Shown piece by piece: positions 15,065 through 28,705 of a stretch of 64,000 nt of DNA. The position numbers were made by a program, and so were the translations under genes. The stretch is from Eledone cirrhosa (lineage: Eukaryota), in contig OZ024742.1 in NCBI GenBank assembly GCA_964016885.1, forward strand, positions 236,654,001 to 236,718,000. The letters are read 5' to 3'. The notes under the pieces were generated by a model that was given only the letters and a program-made list of their open reading frames with translations, did not search any database and was not told the DNA's origin. Each line of letters begins with the position of its first letter. Position 1 is the stretch's first letter.

Positions 15065-15248
15065 CAGTAGCAAACAACACGGACGCTCTACCTCAAAATT
15101 ATTTTTGAAAAGCATTTAGAAATGCGAAACCGGTAAAAACTTAAAACCACAACTGAATACTAACCCATACAATTACTAATACTCTTTTATTCCTAATTAA
15201 ACTATTTTTCAACTGTGAACGATTTGTCAGCATTTTCTATTCCGTTTA

Positions 15249-15305
<57 letters not shown>

Positions 15306-15456
15306 GTAATAACAATAAATGTGAAGACTAAAATTCGAAGAGGGCTCGTTAAGGATGATATATATATAGATATTTAGTTTCAGAAGATCCCGTTAAGGGT
15401 GAAAGCAGCAATTCTTTGCTTAAACTTTAATCTATTATTTTAATAAATAAATAAAT

Positions 15457-15551
<95 letters not shown>

Positions 15552-16508
15552 AAAAGAGTTCAGACCTAGCTGTCGAAGCGGCCAGAGCTCAGAAAGGGAG
15601 AGAAAGAAAGAGGGGGAAGAGTATATACAACAAAATAGATAGGTAGAAGGAGAGAGAAGGCGGGTCACAGCGAAACATGATAAAATATATGAAGAATAGA
15701 ATTGGCTGTGTAGTTGCTTGATAATGTAGGCTTAAAAATAATAGTAAGAAGTAAGGAAGAACGGGTGGGGGGAAGTTTTCCTCATCAGTTGTCTGCTGGG
15801 GTCTCGGATATTTCTATGCATTAAAGACAAGATATCTACTACCCCCAGTGCGTTCAATAACTAGGTAAGTTTTCCTAACTTCTCCCCATGTTCTTGCTTA
15901 CTTCTTACTATTATTTTTAAGCCTACATTATCAAGCAACTACACAGCCAATTTTCTTCTTCATATATTTTATCATGTTTCGCTGTGACCCGCCTTCTCTC
16001 TCCTTCTACCTGCTTATTTTGTTGCTATCTACTCTTCCACCTCTTTTTTTTCTCCTTCTCACTTTTATTCACCCTCTCTCTGTTAGCCACCTCTTTGTTT
16101 CCTTCGCCTGACCCACTAGCAGTCCTTTTCTCACACACACTCGCTGCGATCAGACGTGTCTATCCGCTCGTCCACACAATCAAGAACTTATGTTCAGTAA
16201 TCGTCGTGGACTTGAATTTTCTCTCTTCAAGCTGCTCGCTCACTCTTCGATTTGTTGTTTCCCGTTTTTTTTCTCGCTGTTTTTCTCTTTTCTTTTTTTT
16301 TTCACTTTTCCTTCTGTTATCCTATATTTTCTTTCCCTCCCTCCTTCTTTTTCCCAATAACTTACCTAGTTATTGAACACACTGGAGGTAGATATCTTAT
16401 CTTTTATGCATAGAAATATCCGAGACCCCCAGCAGACAACTGATGAGGAACCCCTCGCCCTGCCCCCTCCCCCCCGTTCTTGCTTTCTTCTTATTCTTAT
16501 TTTCAAGC

Positions 16509-16566
<58 letters not shown>

Positions 16567-17130
16567 AGCTCAGGATTCCTTCTCCTTGAGCACATTATTG
16601 ACAGGGAATAGCGAGAGTCTATGGCTCCGTTAATTTATCGTGATATATATATATATATATATATATACAAGTAAAAATTAGCGAGAATCGAATTTCAGCT
16701 CAGGAATTAACGAGAATCACTTCCGAGTTGTGTGGCAAGCGCTCGATAATTCATATGAATTAGAGCTTACAACTTACGTTAAAGGCCAAACACACTGATG
16801 GTGGTTAAACTAATCATCCACACAGCGAAAATTCGATCGCGTATTTCGGGTCAAACAGATATACAGATATAAAAATATAAATGGTTGAAAGCTTACCCGG
16901 ACCCCTGGAAAGATGGTAAAGTCCCGTATTTGGGTTTCTGCGGCTCCATAAGTCATCTACTGTCCACTTACATAAAGGATGTTAGGTTTCTGGTATCATG
17001 ACTGAACTGGGAGTACGCGTTGTCAGTTCGAAAGCCCACATGTGTCTGTAACTGACCCCACGTGGGGTTCAGCAAGGGAGGCAACACCTATATTAGGCGA
17101 AAGAATTCAGTTGTGTTTAATATTGCGAAA

Positions 17131-17184
<54 letters not shown>

Positions 17185-17219
17185 ATATAAGATCAAAAGA
17201 TGGTTAAAAGAGTTCCAAG

Positions 17220-17290
17220 TATTTTATTATGCGCATTTCAAAAACAAATATCATCATGAGATGACATCTGCGTTTTCATCAGATAAAATA
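17220..17290 (-). ncRNA. Hammerhead motif with long stem II
   Basis: tattttat-CTGATGA-aaacgcagatgtcatc.tcat.gatgatatttgttttt-GAAA-tgcgca-TA-ataaaata. Confidence 0.85.
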
Positions 17291-17503
17291 GGGATACATG
17301 ATATGAAGATTAAAAAACACTTGTGAATAGTGAAGTTTTAAATCAACATTGCTTTATTGTGCTACAATAAAACTCACCTCCTAGATAATTAGCCGTCGAA
17401 ACGGCTTGAGCTCAGCCATCGGGGTCCTACTCGTTCCTATATATATATATATTTTATGGAATGCTGTTGGCTTTTCGCTGCAATCTTTTCTATACCTTTC
17501 ATT

Positions 17504-17548
<45 letters not shown>

Positions 17549-18199
17549 ACAGAATAGATGCAGTAAAAACCTGTTAGATGATTACTCGCCAGAATGCTTG
17601 ATACTTGGGGTAGTAGTGGGTAGGACCCCGGCAGCTGAGCTCCCGCCGTTTCAACAACATGTTCGTAGCGAGGCCACAGTATAACGACTGAAACCACTGG
17701 TAGAAGAAGCACATTACTGAAGACATCTTGGGAAAGAATATTGTCGAAGTTTCGACAGAAGGTTAAAAGTTCTTGGTTGTGGTGTAAAAATCATTGAGTG
17801 TTATTGAAGGATTTACAGGGCTTTTATAATACAGAGGATTTTATGAGGGTTGTCAGTAAACAATCCTAGGGGAGAGATTTTAAGGGATGTTTGTGTTAGT
17901 GCTTCTCTCATGTCCCCTTCTCTTTCTCCACTTATTCCCTTCTCTCTCTCTCCGTTTCTCCCCCTCTCTCCGTTTCTTTCAGGACGACTTTGTTTTACAC
18001 ATACATCATGTGATATAAAACTCCCCCTGTTTTTCTCTGTTGCCAATTCCAATAACGGCGGAGACGGTGGTAGTCGCGGTAGTAGTGTTGTGGTGGTGAT
18101 GGCAATCACTGCAATGGCAGTGGTGGTAGTAGTGGTAGTAGTGGTGGTCATCATTTTCATGTCAATGATGGGGGTAGTGTTTATTGGGGCGATGATAGC

Positions 18200-18825
18200 G
18201 GTAATGTTGGTGGTGGCGGTGGTGATATTGGTAATGTTGGTGGTGGTGATATTAGTAATGGTGGTGGTGGTGGTGATATTGGTAGTGGTGGTGGTGGTGG
18301 TGGTGGTGGTGATATTGGTAGTGGAGGTGGGGGTGGGGGTGATATTGGTAATGTTGGTGGTGGTGGTGGGGGTGGTGATATTAGTAATGTTGGTGGGGGT
18401 GGTGATATTGGTAGTGGAGGTGGGGGTGGGGGTTATATTGGTAATGTTGGTGGTGGTGGGGGGGGGGGGGGGGGATATTGGTAGTGGTGGTGGTAGTGGT
18501 GGTGTATTGGTAATGGTGGTGGTAGTGATGATATTGGTAATGTTGTTGTTGGTGGTGGTGGTGGTGATATTGGTAATGTTGGTGGTGGTGGTGGTGGTGG
18601 TGATATTGGTAGTGGTAGTGGTGGTGGTGGTGGTGGTGATATTGGTAATGTTGGTGGTGGTGCTAGTGATGATATTGGTAATGTTGGTGGTGGTGATATT
18701 GGTAGTGGTGGTGGTGGTGGTGATATTGGTAGTGGTAGTGGTGGTGGTTGTGGTGATATTATCAATATTGTTGTTGGTGGTGGTGATATTGGTAATGTTG
18801 GTGGTGATGATGATGGTGATGGTGG
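18200..18825. repeat. G-rich (GGT)n / GTGATATTGGTAATGTT minisatellite
   Basis: Direct reading; explains the poly-Val and poly-Thr pseudo-ORFs. Confidence 0.9.
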
Positions 18826-19218
18826 TAATAATTGTTTCTACTTTTGGCACAAGGCCAGCAAATGACCCAGTACATTACTGGTACTTTATTTTATCGACCC
18901 TCGTAAGGATGAAAGGCAAAGTTAACCTCGGCGGGATTTGAACTCAGAATGGCAAGGGCCGTAACTATGCGTCAAAACATGGCGTCCGACCCTCTACCGA
19001 TACTGCCAATCCACCGCCTGGTAATAATTGTTTCTACTTTAAGCACAAGGCCAGCAATTACCCAGTACATTACTGGTACTTTATTTTATCGACCCCGTAA
19101 GGATGAAAGGCAAAGTTAACCTCGGCGGGATTTGAACTCAGAATGGCAAGGGCCGTAACTCTATGCGTCAAAACATGGCGTCCGACCCTCTACCGATACT
19201 GCCAATCCACCGCCTGGT
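18826..19218 (-). mobile_element. Two head-to-tail SINE family A copies
   Basis: 18826-19018 and 19022-19215, both reverse complements of the family consensus and separated by CCTGGTAATAAT. Confidence 0.88.
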
Positions 19219-19519
19219 AATAATACTAATATATTCCTTTTTCTTATTTTCCATTTTTTTCCTTTTGCTTCATCTTCTTCATAAGACAATTCGGTTATCT
19301 TCGTTATCTTCGCTGGACTGTTTGTTTGAAATAAATGTAAACAATTCTAGCCTGCGTTTAGCAAAGCCCCAGCAACCCTCCCAAATTCCTTACATTTGTG
19401 ACCCTGCACGTGTATCTACGATAGGATGGATGATGTGTATATATGTAAACATACACATGTACGTGTGTGTACGTGTGTTTGTGGTTGGTTCGTGTATGTA
19501 TATATGTATACATGAGTAT

Positions 19520-20192
19520 GTCAATGTTTTGTGTATGTATGAATGTATATATGTATGATGTATGTAGTTGTTTTGTGTATGTATGCATGTATATATATAT
19601 ATAAATATGTATGTAGTTGTTTTGTGTATGTATGCATGTATATATATATATGTATGTAGTTGTTTTGTGTATGTATGAATGTATATATATATATATGTAT
19701 GATGTATGTAGTTGTTTTGTGTATGTATGCATGTATATATATAAATATGTATGTAGTTGTTTTGTGTATGTATGAATGTATATATATATATGTATGATGT
19801 ATGTAGTTGTTTTGTGTATGTATGCATGTATATATATATATGTATGTAGTTGTTTTGTGTATGTATGAATGTATATATATGTATGATGTATGTAGTTGTT
19901 TTGTGTATGTATGCATGTATATATATATATGTATGTAGTTGTTTTGTGTATGTATGCATGTATATATATAAATATGTATATAGTTGTTTTGTGTATGTAT
20001 GAATGTATATATATATATGTATGATGTATGTAGTTGTTTTGTGTATGTATGCATGTATATATATATATATGTATGTAGTTGTTTTGTGTATGTATGAATG
20101 TATATATATATATATGTATGATGTATGTAGTTGTTTTGTGTATGTATGCATGTATATATATATATGTATGTAGTTGTTTTGTGTATGTATGA

Positions 20193-20245
<53 letters not shown>

Positions 20246-20426
20246 ATGTATGTAGTTGTTTCGTGTATGTATGCATATATATATATATATATATGTATGT
20301 AGTTGTTTTGTGTATGTATGCATGTATATATATGTATGATGTATGTAATTATTTTGTGTATGTATGAAGGTATATATATATGTATATATGTATGATGTAT
20401 GTAGTTATTTTGTGTATGTATGGATG

Positions 20427-20471
<45 letters not shown>

Positions 20472-20500
20472 GACGTATGTAGTTGTTTTGTGTATGTATG
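19520..20500. repeat. Composite ~40-50-bp minisatellite (GTATGTAGTTGTTTTGTGTATGTATG[C/A]ATG plus (TA)n)
   Basis: About 20 units with variable (TA)n spacers. Confidence 0.9.
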
Positions 20501-20598
20501 TCTATATATATACTGTTTCGTATGTTTGTTCAGTATATAGGTATTTATATAGTTTGTATGTGTATATATGTGTGTGCATATATGTATTTGTATATATG

Positions 20599-20657
<59 letters not shown>

Positions 20658-20708
20658 ATATAATATAATATAACATTATATATATAATATAATATAATAT
20701 AATATAAC

Positions 20709-20800
<92 letters not shown>

Positions 20801-21766
20801 GACACACACATATATATATATGTTGTTTCCATTGTCTTTGTCCTGTGCCCCCCTTATTTTGAGTGAAGACTTAATAATTGTTTCTACTTTAGGCACAAGG
20901 CCAGCAATTAACCAGTGCATTACTGGTACTTTATTTTATCAACCCCGTAAGGATGAAAGGCAAAGTTAACCTCGGCGGGATTTGAACTCAGTCCGTATGC
21001 GTGCTTTTTGGGGAATTATCATATAATAGACATCACATCGCCCGGTCTCTCTTCCCCTCTTCTCCCTGCTTACCTTTTGTACACGTCAGTATCATTCTTC
21101 TTTGTCGGCACGTTGGACTAATGCCGCCGAGGTTAACTTTGCTTTTCATCCTTACGGGGGTCGATAAAATAAAGTACCAGTAATACACTGGAGTAATTGC
21201 TGGCCTTGTGCCAAAAGTAGAAACAATTAAATTATGCGATGGGTCATACGGCCCTCTCTACCGCTTTGCATATTCCAATGTTTAGTGACTTATTTATTGA
21301 TTGCAGGAAATTATTTCATATTTAATTTAAATGCACAAATAACGTTGGTTTACCCGGGAGAGATTCTAGATTCTGCCTGTATTGAGAGAAAACTCCTTAT
21401 CACACAGACTCTTCAAGACACACACAGAAGAACTATTATTCTTACATTTATTATGCAGATTATTAGACACGCACTTTCAAAAGTAGAAACAATATTCTCT
21501 TTCTCTTTTACTATTTTTCTCTCTTTTGGCCAAGCCCTCGCGCACGGGTCTATCCCTTCTTCGTCTGTGGACGCACTTGGGATGCTTTTTCTTATATGTT
21601 TGTGTAATTTACCTAGTCATAACCTGTCTCTTCCTCTTTTGTTATGTCCCAATGGGCATTGGAATGAATGGTTTAAATAAAAATATATACTGAAACCGTA
21701 GCGATTTCCAGAGATTTACTGAGGAAATGTGATTATCCTATTGTCTTTGTCTGCGCGCCGCCTATT

Positions 21767-21806
<40 letters not shown>

Positions 21807-21863
21807 TTCGTTTCTGAATTTGTTTAGCAAGATTCTTTAGCTGAAAACGTGTGTTGAAACCGA

Positions 21864-22393
21864 TATTGTTATACTTTGGGAGGGTCATGTTGCCAGTAAG
21901 AAACACACGCACCAGTTGCTTTCACTTCAATTTATTATAATAAATTTATTATAATAAATTTATAAATTTAGGAATTTATAAATTTCCGGTTGGTTGGTTG
22001 GTTCCATTGTTTGAAACAAGATGGCGTAGGACAGGACAAAGGAGAGGCACAAAAACAAAGAAAAGAATCCACAGTCATTGAAGAGGTCACAGAATGTGTG
22101 ACGAAAGAACTTTGACAATATATAAACAACCATCTGGTTGTTTGAAACAAGATGGCGTAGGACAGGACAAATGAGAGGCACAAAAACAAAGAAAAGAATC
22201 CCCAGTCACTGAAGAGGTCACAGAATGTGTGACGAAAGAACTTTGACAATATATAAACAACCATCTGGTTGTGGAACCAACCAACCAACCGGAAATTTAT
22301 AAATTCCTAAATTTATAAATTTATTATAATACATTGAAGTGAAAGCAACTGGTGCGTGTGTTTCTTATTGGCAACATGACCCTCCCAAAGTAT

Positions 22394-22400
<7 letters not shown>
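21864..22400. repeat. A-B-B-A' module: ~135-bp inverted arms around a ~131-bp tandem duplication
   Basis: Arms 21864-22006 / 22273-22400, internal copies about 22007-22140 and 22138-22271; near (TA)n tracts. Confidence 0.88.
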
Positions 22401-22449
<49 letters not shown>

Positions 22450-22550
22450 TTATATAGTAATAATAATATATTTGAAGACTAAAATCTAAAGAGGGCTCGC
22501 TCGATAAGGATAAATATATATCAAATATAAGAACCATAGAGCAAATATTT

Positions 22551-22668
22551 ATTAAAATAACAGATTAAAGTTTAAGCAAAGAATCGCTGCTTTCACCCTT
22601 AACGGGATCTTCAGAAGATCCCGTTAAGGGTGAAAGCAGCGATTCTTTGCTTAAACTTTAGTCTGTTA

Positions 22669-22675
<7 letters not shown>
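22551..22675. repeat. Near-perfect 125-bp palindrome
   Basis: Centre TCTTC-A-GAAGA; single arms recur at about 2032-2095 and 15381-15445. Confidence 0.9.
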
Positions 22676-22724
<49 letters not shown>

Positions 22725-22980
22725 TAAACGGAATAGAAAATGCTGACAAATTGTTCACAGTGAAAAATAGTTTAATTAGGAATAAGTGAGAATTAGTAAT
22801 TGTATTGGTTAGTATTCAGTTTTGGTTTTAAGTTTTACCGGTTGCGCATTTCTGATGCTTTTCAAAAATAATTTCTAATTCTCACTTATTCCTAATTAAA
22901 CTATTTTTCACTGTTAACAATTTGTCAGCATTTTCTATTCCGTTTACCAATATATAATAACTTGTGTGTTACACCTCTAT

Positions 22981-23065
<85 letters not shown>

Positions 23066-23337
23066 ATATGTGTGTTGTGTGTGTGAGTGTGTATACATTA
23101 TATTCCTTTCGGGGCAAAAATAAAAAAAATGTATGATGACGGAAAAAAAACGAATATCTGAAATAGTAGGTACTTTTTGACAGTAGACGGTTTAAATGGT
23201 GAGGAGTATAGCTTTGGATCCCGTCACCCCATCTGGAATTTTGACACCTCGTGCGCGCACACACTCACCAAACACACATATATACATGCACAGACATATG
23301 TGTGCATTATATATAATAATAATAATAATAATAATAA

Positions 23338-23648
23338 CCGATACCAGGACTTAAAGTGGGAGGTAAAAAGGATTTGGAACTGCCATGAAGTCAAAGTGGT
23401 CCCGATTGTCATAGGCGCACTAGGTACTATCTCAAAAAGTTTCCAGGGATGGTTAAAGAAAATTGGTCCCGCCACGCTTTTTGGAACGCTTCAAAAGGCA
23501 TGCTTGCTGGGAACAGCAAGAACCCTCCGATACGTCCTGAATATCTGAGGCTGCAGGTAGTGGCTTGATATTCATTTCAACAAACTTTCCAGTTAACTAA
23601 CATCAATGACTGAGACTCAAAGAACAATAATAATAATAATAATAATAA
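23338..23648 (+). mobile_element. 3' fragment of Dong/R4-type RLE LINE inside (TAA)n
   Basis: RYQDLKWEVKRIW...VVPIVIGALG...LQKACLLGTARTLRYVL* with (TAA)n on both sides, the known target class of Dong elements. Confidence 0.85.
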
Positions 23649-23776
23649 TGATTTCTTTATTGGCCACAAGGGCTGACATCAAGAAAAACATTACAGACGG
23701 CACAGAACGGTACGATGTGGGTTTTGTGCGTGTAAAGATTTTTATTATTTATATAGAAAAGACAAAAAGACATAGA

Positions 23777-23813
<37 letters not shown>

Positions 23814-23892
23814 AATAAAAATGAAAATTGAAACAATGAAAAATTCCCCAATACAAGGACGAATGGTTAACCCTTCATTACGTTTATTGGTT

Positions 23893-23977
23893 GGTGACGC
23901 GCGTTTCCCTATTGATCAGCTCAAAGTTCGATCTGTATCGATCTGGCCCCACTCTGGAATCAAAAGCTCGTCGGACC
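23893..23977 (-). ncRNA. Variant hammerhead-like motif (CCGACGA core, ~60-nt domain II)
   Basis: ggt-CCGACGA-[~60 nt]-GAAA-cgcgcg-TC-acc; paralogue at 57830-57914. Confidence 0.55.
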
Positions 23978-24915
23978 TCTGTTGTAGTAATGACAGAATG
24001 AATATACATGCATATAAATATATATATATATGTGTGTGTGTATTATTTATGTGAGTGTGTTGTTAATGGACCCGCGCCGTCAATAATGACTGCGATGGCA
24101 TTGAAAGTATTTTGGGGGTGCAGGATTGGTATGCTATATATACCTGAATGTATGAACAGTCATACAGACTTAAAAATTTGCTATTTGATAAATTAATAGT
24201 TTGCAAAAGAGAAACCTTATAGTTCATTGTGATAACTGACACGTGGAAGAAGTGATTGTATGATATGAATTATATTTGAATAACTGACGTCTAGGGTATA
24301 ACTATATATGTTCACCTTATATGTATAATGACATACAGGATTAAATATATGAGCAACATTGGGAAAATAACTATTTACAGGTACTAGAATTACAGACAAT
24401 AACTCAATTTATGGTTGTATAAATAGCATTGCAAAAATTGATGGAAATATGAAAGTAAAAGAAAAAAGAAAAAATAAGCGATAAAAAGGAAACCAAGCAA
24501 CGAACAGAGTGGGAAAGAAGGCCAGATTTGTCTGTATAGGAAAGTAGGATAAGGGGCTATAAATGACGTAAATGAAATGAAAAGGAGGGAAAAGAAAAGA
24601 AAGGACTATGAGGCCACGGAAGAAAGGGGGTTGGAGGGGTGATATGTTCTATGCCTGGGGTTGGTCGGTATTTGTGTTGCGCCCTGATGACAAATCTGCA
24701 AAGGTGTTTCCGCTACAACAACCACCCCACCTTACGGGGTTCCTTCTGCGGCCGGGCTGCTGAAATCCAATTTTACGGAGCAGCACGACAGTACAGGGCC
24801 CGAGGACACCTGAAGTCTCGGCGGCGACTGATACAAAGAGGAAGCGACCGGACAAGCTCTGGTATTTGCATGCCTTCCTGGTCGATGCAGATTCCAGCAG
24901 TAGCAAAGGGGGACA

Positions 24916-24956
24916 ACTGCTAATGCGTTTCTGGCTCTGGTCGTCATCAGGACAGT
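24916..24956 (-). ncRNA. Degenerate hammerhead motif, same family as 14866
   Basis: actgtc-CTGATGA-cgaccagagcca-GAAA-cgca-TT-agcagt. Confidence 0.6.
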
Positions 24957-25323
24957 GCTTTTAAAATATTCATAGCTAGAAGGTTTTCCAAATGCACATT
25001 CTTTTCTTTCTCTCCGGAGAGATGATAAAAGTTTGAAAACATGCATCACCAATTCAGAGTTTTTGCATGTGGCTCATTAATGTTTCATTGACATTTCTAT
25101 TCATTTTCAAACCTTTATTGTCTTTCCGATCAGAGGGAACGTGCATACATCTACGTCTATATATGGACACGGATTGTGCGAAATGTTTCCCAACATTCGA
25201 AAATAATTGCATGCACATCTATTTCCAAACATGTATAAGAAAATAAATATGGTTTTTGAATGAAAGAAGTTAATTTTTCCATTAATACTCTTGTTTATAT
25301 TTATATATATATGCGTGCGTATT

Positions 25324-25444
<121 letters not shown>

Positions 25445-25451
25445 ACACACA

Positions 25452-25546
<95 letters not shown>

Positions 25547-25617
25547 ATTTTTATATATATATATGTATATATATATGTGTGTATGGGTATACATGTATGT
25601 GTATATATACATTTATG

Positions 25618-25683
<66 letters not shown>

Positions 25684-26255
25684 CTTATATACACACACAT
25701 TCATACATGTATATTTGTATATATTGTACCGGTGGTGCATTGAATGCAGTGACACTTTTAGTGCAGAGATCCCTAAAACGAGTACCAGTGATATATTTGT
25801 TTGAATTCATTATACCTTTGCAACCTATTTAATTATACATGATCTACCTATTTAAAAACGATTTTTAAAAGAGTGGTGTAGTGTGAGAATTAGTAGAATG
25901 TGCTCTGCAACAAAGGAACATAAGAACGACCCGCTCCTTCCATTGAACCAATGAAACAACGGTATTTTGGTTTTTCCGTTGTTGGCTGTCTGTTGATTGC
26001 AATTACTGGCGGATGTGTCACTGCTTTTCTCGTGATAGGAGATGGTGTTTTGAACTCAGAATGTAGAGAGCCGAGATAGATAATGCAAGGCATCTCATTT
26101 GACGGTTTAACAAATCAGATAATTCACCGCCCTGGACTGGTATTTTATTAATCAACTTCGAGAGAATGAAGCTATGGTTGACCTCGACGGTATTTGAACT
26201 CGGTTCACAGTGACATAGAAAAATGCTGCAATGCATTTAATCCAACGCTCTAGAG

Positions 26256-26535
26256 CAGTCATGGGCAACCTGCGACCTGCGAAGCTTTCTGAATGGCTCG
26301 CCTAAGTCACCTAAGTGAAATCTTTCTGATTTTTTTACCCCAACTTTTCAGTCGTAATTTATCTTTTTACGATCGGAGGAAAACGTGTACGAATTCTGAA
26401 GAAACAAATCAAAACAATCTGAGCTGCCACCCTTTTTTTTAATGTGGGCACGAATGTAAATTAGCGCTTGCGGCCCGCCTGATGATGAGCCATATCTCAT
26501 GCGGCCCGCTTCTCGAAAAAGGTTGCCCAAGCCTG
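26256..26535. mobile_element. hAT (Charlie-type) MITE
   Basis: TIRs CAGTCATGGGCAACC / GGTTGCCCAAGCCTG with 8-bp TSD CTCTAGAG at 26248-26255 and 26536-26543. Confidence 0.9.
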
Positions 26536-26735
26536 CTCTAGAGACTGTCAATTCGCCTCCACTATTGCAATACTTGTGAAGGCTCGTGGTATGGTGGGTA
26601 GGGCATTCGGCTCGTGATCGTAAGGTCGTGAGTTCTATTCTTGGTGGCACATTGTATTCTTGTATCACATTGCTCAAGTCCAGTTAGATAGAAGAAAGTA
26701 AGTTGAAGCAGTAGTTAAAAATGATCATCCTTGTA

Positions 26736-27120
26736 CGAGGGTAATCCCAAAAGTAAGGTCTCCAAAGCGATGGGGACGCAGAAAAACTGTTCGTACGGCT
26801 GTTGGCAACACTATTGTGATTGGTGCTTCCTTCACTCCCAAACAAGCATGCGCGCGCTTCGCTGGGATGCTCAATCTTGTCTTCGCAGCCGTTGAGAATG
26901 GAGCTCACGTTGAACGCTACCGCCAAGTGAGAATTTCGCGCAGTTATTATAATCCCAAAAAGTAAGGTCTCCTTCCGAATAAAACATGCGTAAAAATCGG
27001 TGGATCACTCTGGATGCTCTCTGCATTTTGGTTCCTGAGGTTTCCCAAAGCACCATCCACAGGATTTTAACGGAAAAGTTGCAATATCGGAAGGAGACCT
27101 TACTTTTGGGATTGCCCTCG
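26736..27120 (+). mobile_element. Internally deleted Tc1/mariner element
   Basis: 28-bp TIR CGAGGGTAATCCCAAAAGTAAGGTCTCC (1 mismatch), TA on both sides, transposase scraps (EFRAVI, TIHRILTEKLQYRK) and an extra internal TIR copy at about 26950. Confidence 0.88.
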
Positions 27121-27673
27121 TATCTTAATGTGCCGCGCTTAATCTCCCTACGTTAAAGCTACATGTGTTTGGCTAAGCATTCCACAGACATATGTATCCT
27201 TAACGTAGAGATTAACTGTGAGAGTCAGCATGATAAAATGTGACTAGGTTGCCTTTTGAATTACAGGTACAACTCAATTTTGGTAGATGAGTGAACTGAA
27301 GCAACGGGAAATAAAGTGTCATGCTCAAGAAAACAACCCACCACCGTGAATCATGGTCTTACGATGGTGAGCCAAACACACTAACCACTAAACCAAGTGT
27401 CTTCACCCACTTATGTACACACACAAACAAACACCAACATATCAACACACACAAATGCTTATAAACAAATGTCTAGACAAGCATTCCTGTGGGTGAACTT
27501 GCATTTATATTTGTGTGTGTGTATGTGTGTGTGTGTGTGTGTGTGTTTATGTGTAAACGTCTAAACATGCGTGTAGGTAGAACATGACTGCGTTTGTATG
27601 TTTGGTCTCTATGGAGATATAAGTGTGTGTACGTGTATGTACATGTGTGTATATGTATGTGTGTGTGTATGTG

Positions 27674-27707
<34 letters not shown>

Positions 27708-27856
27708 GATTTTGAGTTTATGTTGGTTGTATACCAACACCTCAGTATGCAGGCTGAAGCACTCGGCGAAGTGCGCAGGTTGGTTTGGTTACTCCGGAGT
27801 AGTGTAAAATAAAGTTAAATAAAAAGTCAAATGATTGAAATTTAGCTTTGTTTATT

Positions 27857-27911
27857 ACTGCTATATATATTTCAGTGACAGCCATCTTTGGCTGTGACCT
27901 CTTCAGGCAGT
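27857..27911 (-). ncRNA. Hammerhead motif, intact core
   Basis: actgc-CTGAAGA-ggtcacagcca.aaga.tggctgtcact-GAAA-tatata-TA-gcagt. Confidence 0.85.
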
Positions 27912-28083
27912 TTGAATTAGTATGGTATAGACAAGTACTTATGTTACTGAGGTGTATAATATTGTCAATACTCTGATATGCCCAGTTCCTGGTTGGGTTG
28001 TTACTTCACTGAGGAACTGGAATCATATGAATCATATGATTCCAGTTCCTCAGTATGTACTTGTCTATACCATACTAATTCAA

Positions 28084-28138
28084 ACTGCCTAAAGAGGTCA
28101 CAGCCAAAAATGGCTGTCACTAAAATATATATAGCAGT
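28084..28138 (+). ncRNA. Core-mutated hammerhead copy (inverted partner of 27857)
   Basis: CTAAAGA in place of CTGAAGA and AAAA in place of GAAA; stems preserved. Confidence 0.75.
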
Positions 28139-28188
28139 AATAAACGAAGCTAAATTTTAATCATTTGACTTTTTATTTAACTTTATTT

Positions 28189-28240
<52 letters not shown>

Positions 28241-28262
28241 CATATATATATATATATATATG

Positions 28263-28431
28263 TGGGAGCCCCTACATGGACACACTAGAAGAGGAAGACC
28301 AAGGTTAACGTATGTTGATGCCCTAAGGACAGACACTGGTCTATTGGAGACGCAGGATATGGCAGCGATAGTGAGGGACAGAGACCGCTGGAGAGAACTC
28401 GTCCATGGATCTCGGGAATTTTACCCGCCTT

Positions 28432-28433
<2 letters not shown>
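28263..28433 (+). mobile_element. Shorter copy of the same RTE-like 3' end within (TA)n
   Basis: Matches 54913-55083 and has (TA)n on both sides. Confidence 0.82.
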
Positions 28434-28526
<93 letters not shown>

Positions 28527-28644
28527 TCTTTCATCAGTAAACATTTATTTATATATATATATGTGTGTGTGTGTATGTATATATATATTATATATATATT
28601 ACATATATATATGTATATATATATATGTATATACATCTATATAT

Positions 28645-28705
<61 letters not shown>

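Noticed and set aside
19520-20500. CRISPR-like repeat-spacer appearance
   Set aside because: Spacers are only variable (TA)n, the context is eukaryotic and there are no cas genes.
17813-20920. Long poly-Thr, poly-Val and YIHT-repeat ORFs (mucin-like or membrane-like)
   Set aside because: Translations of (GGT)n and TA-rich minisatellites, open in several frames on both strands.
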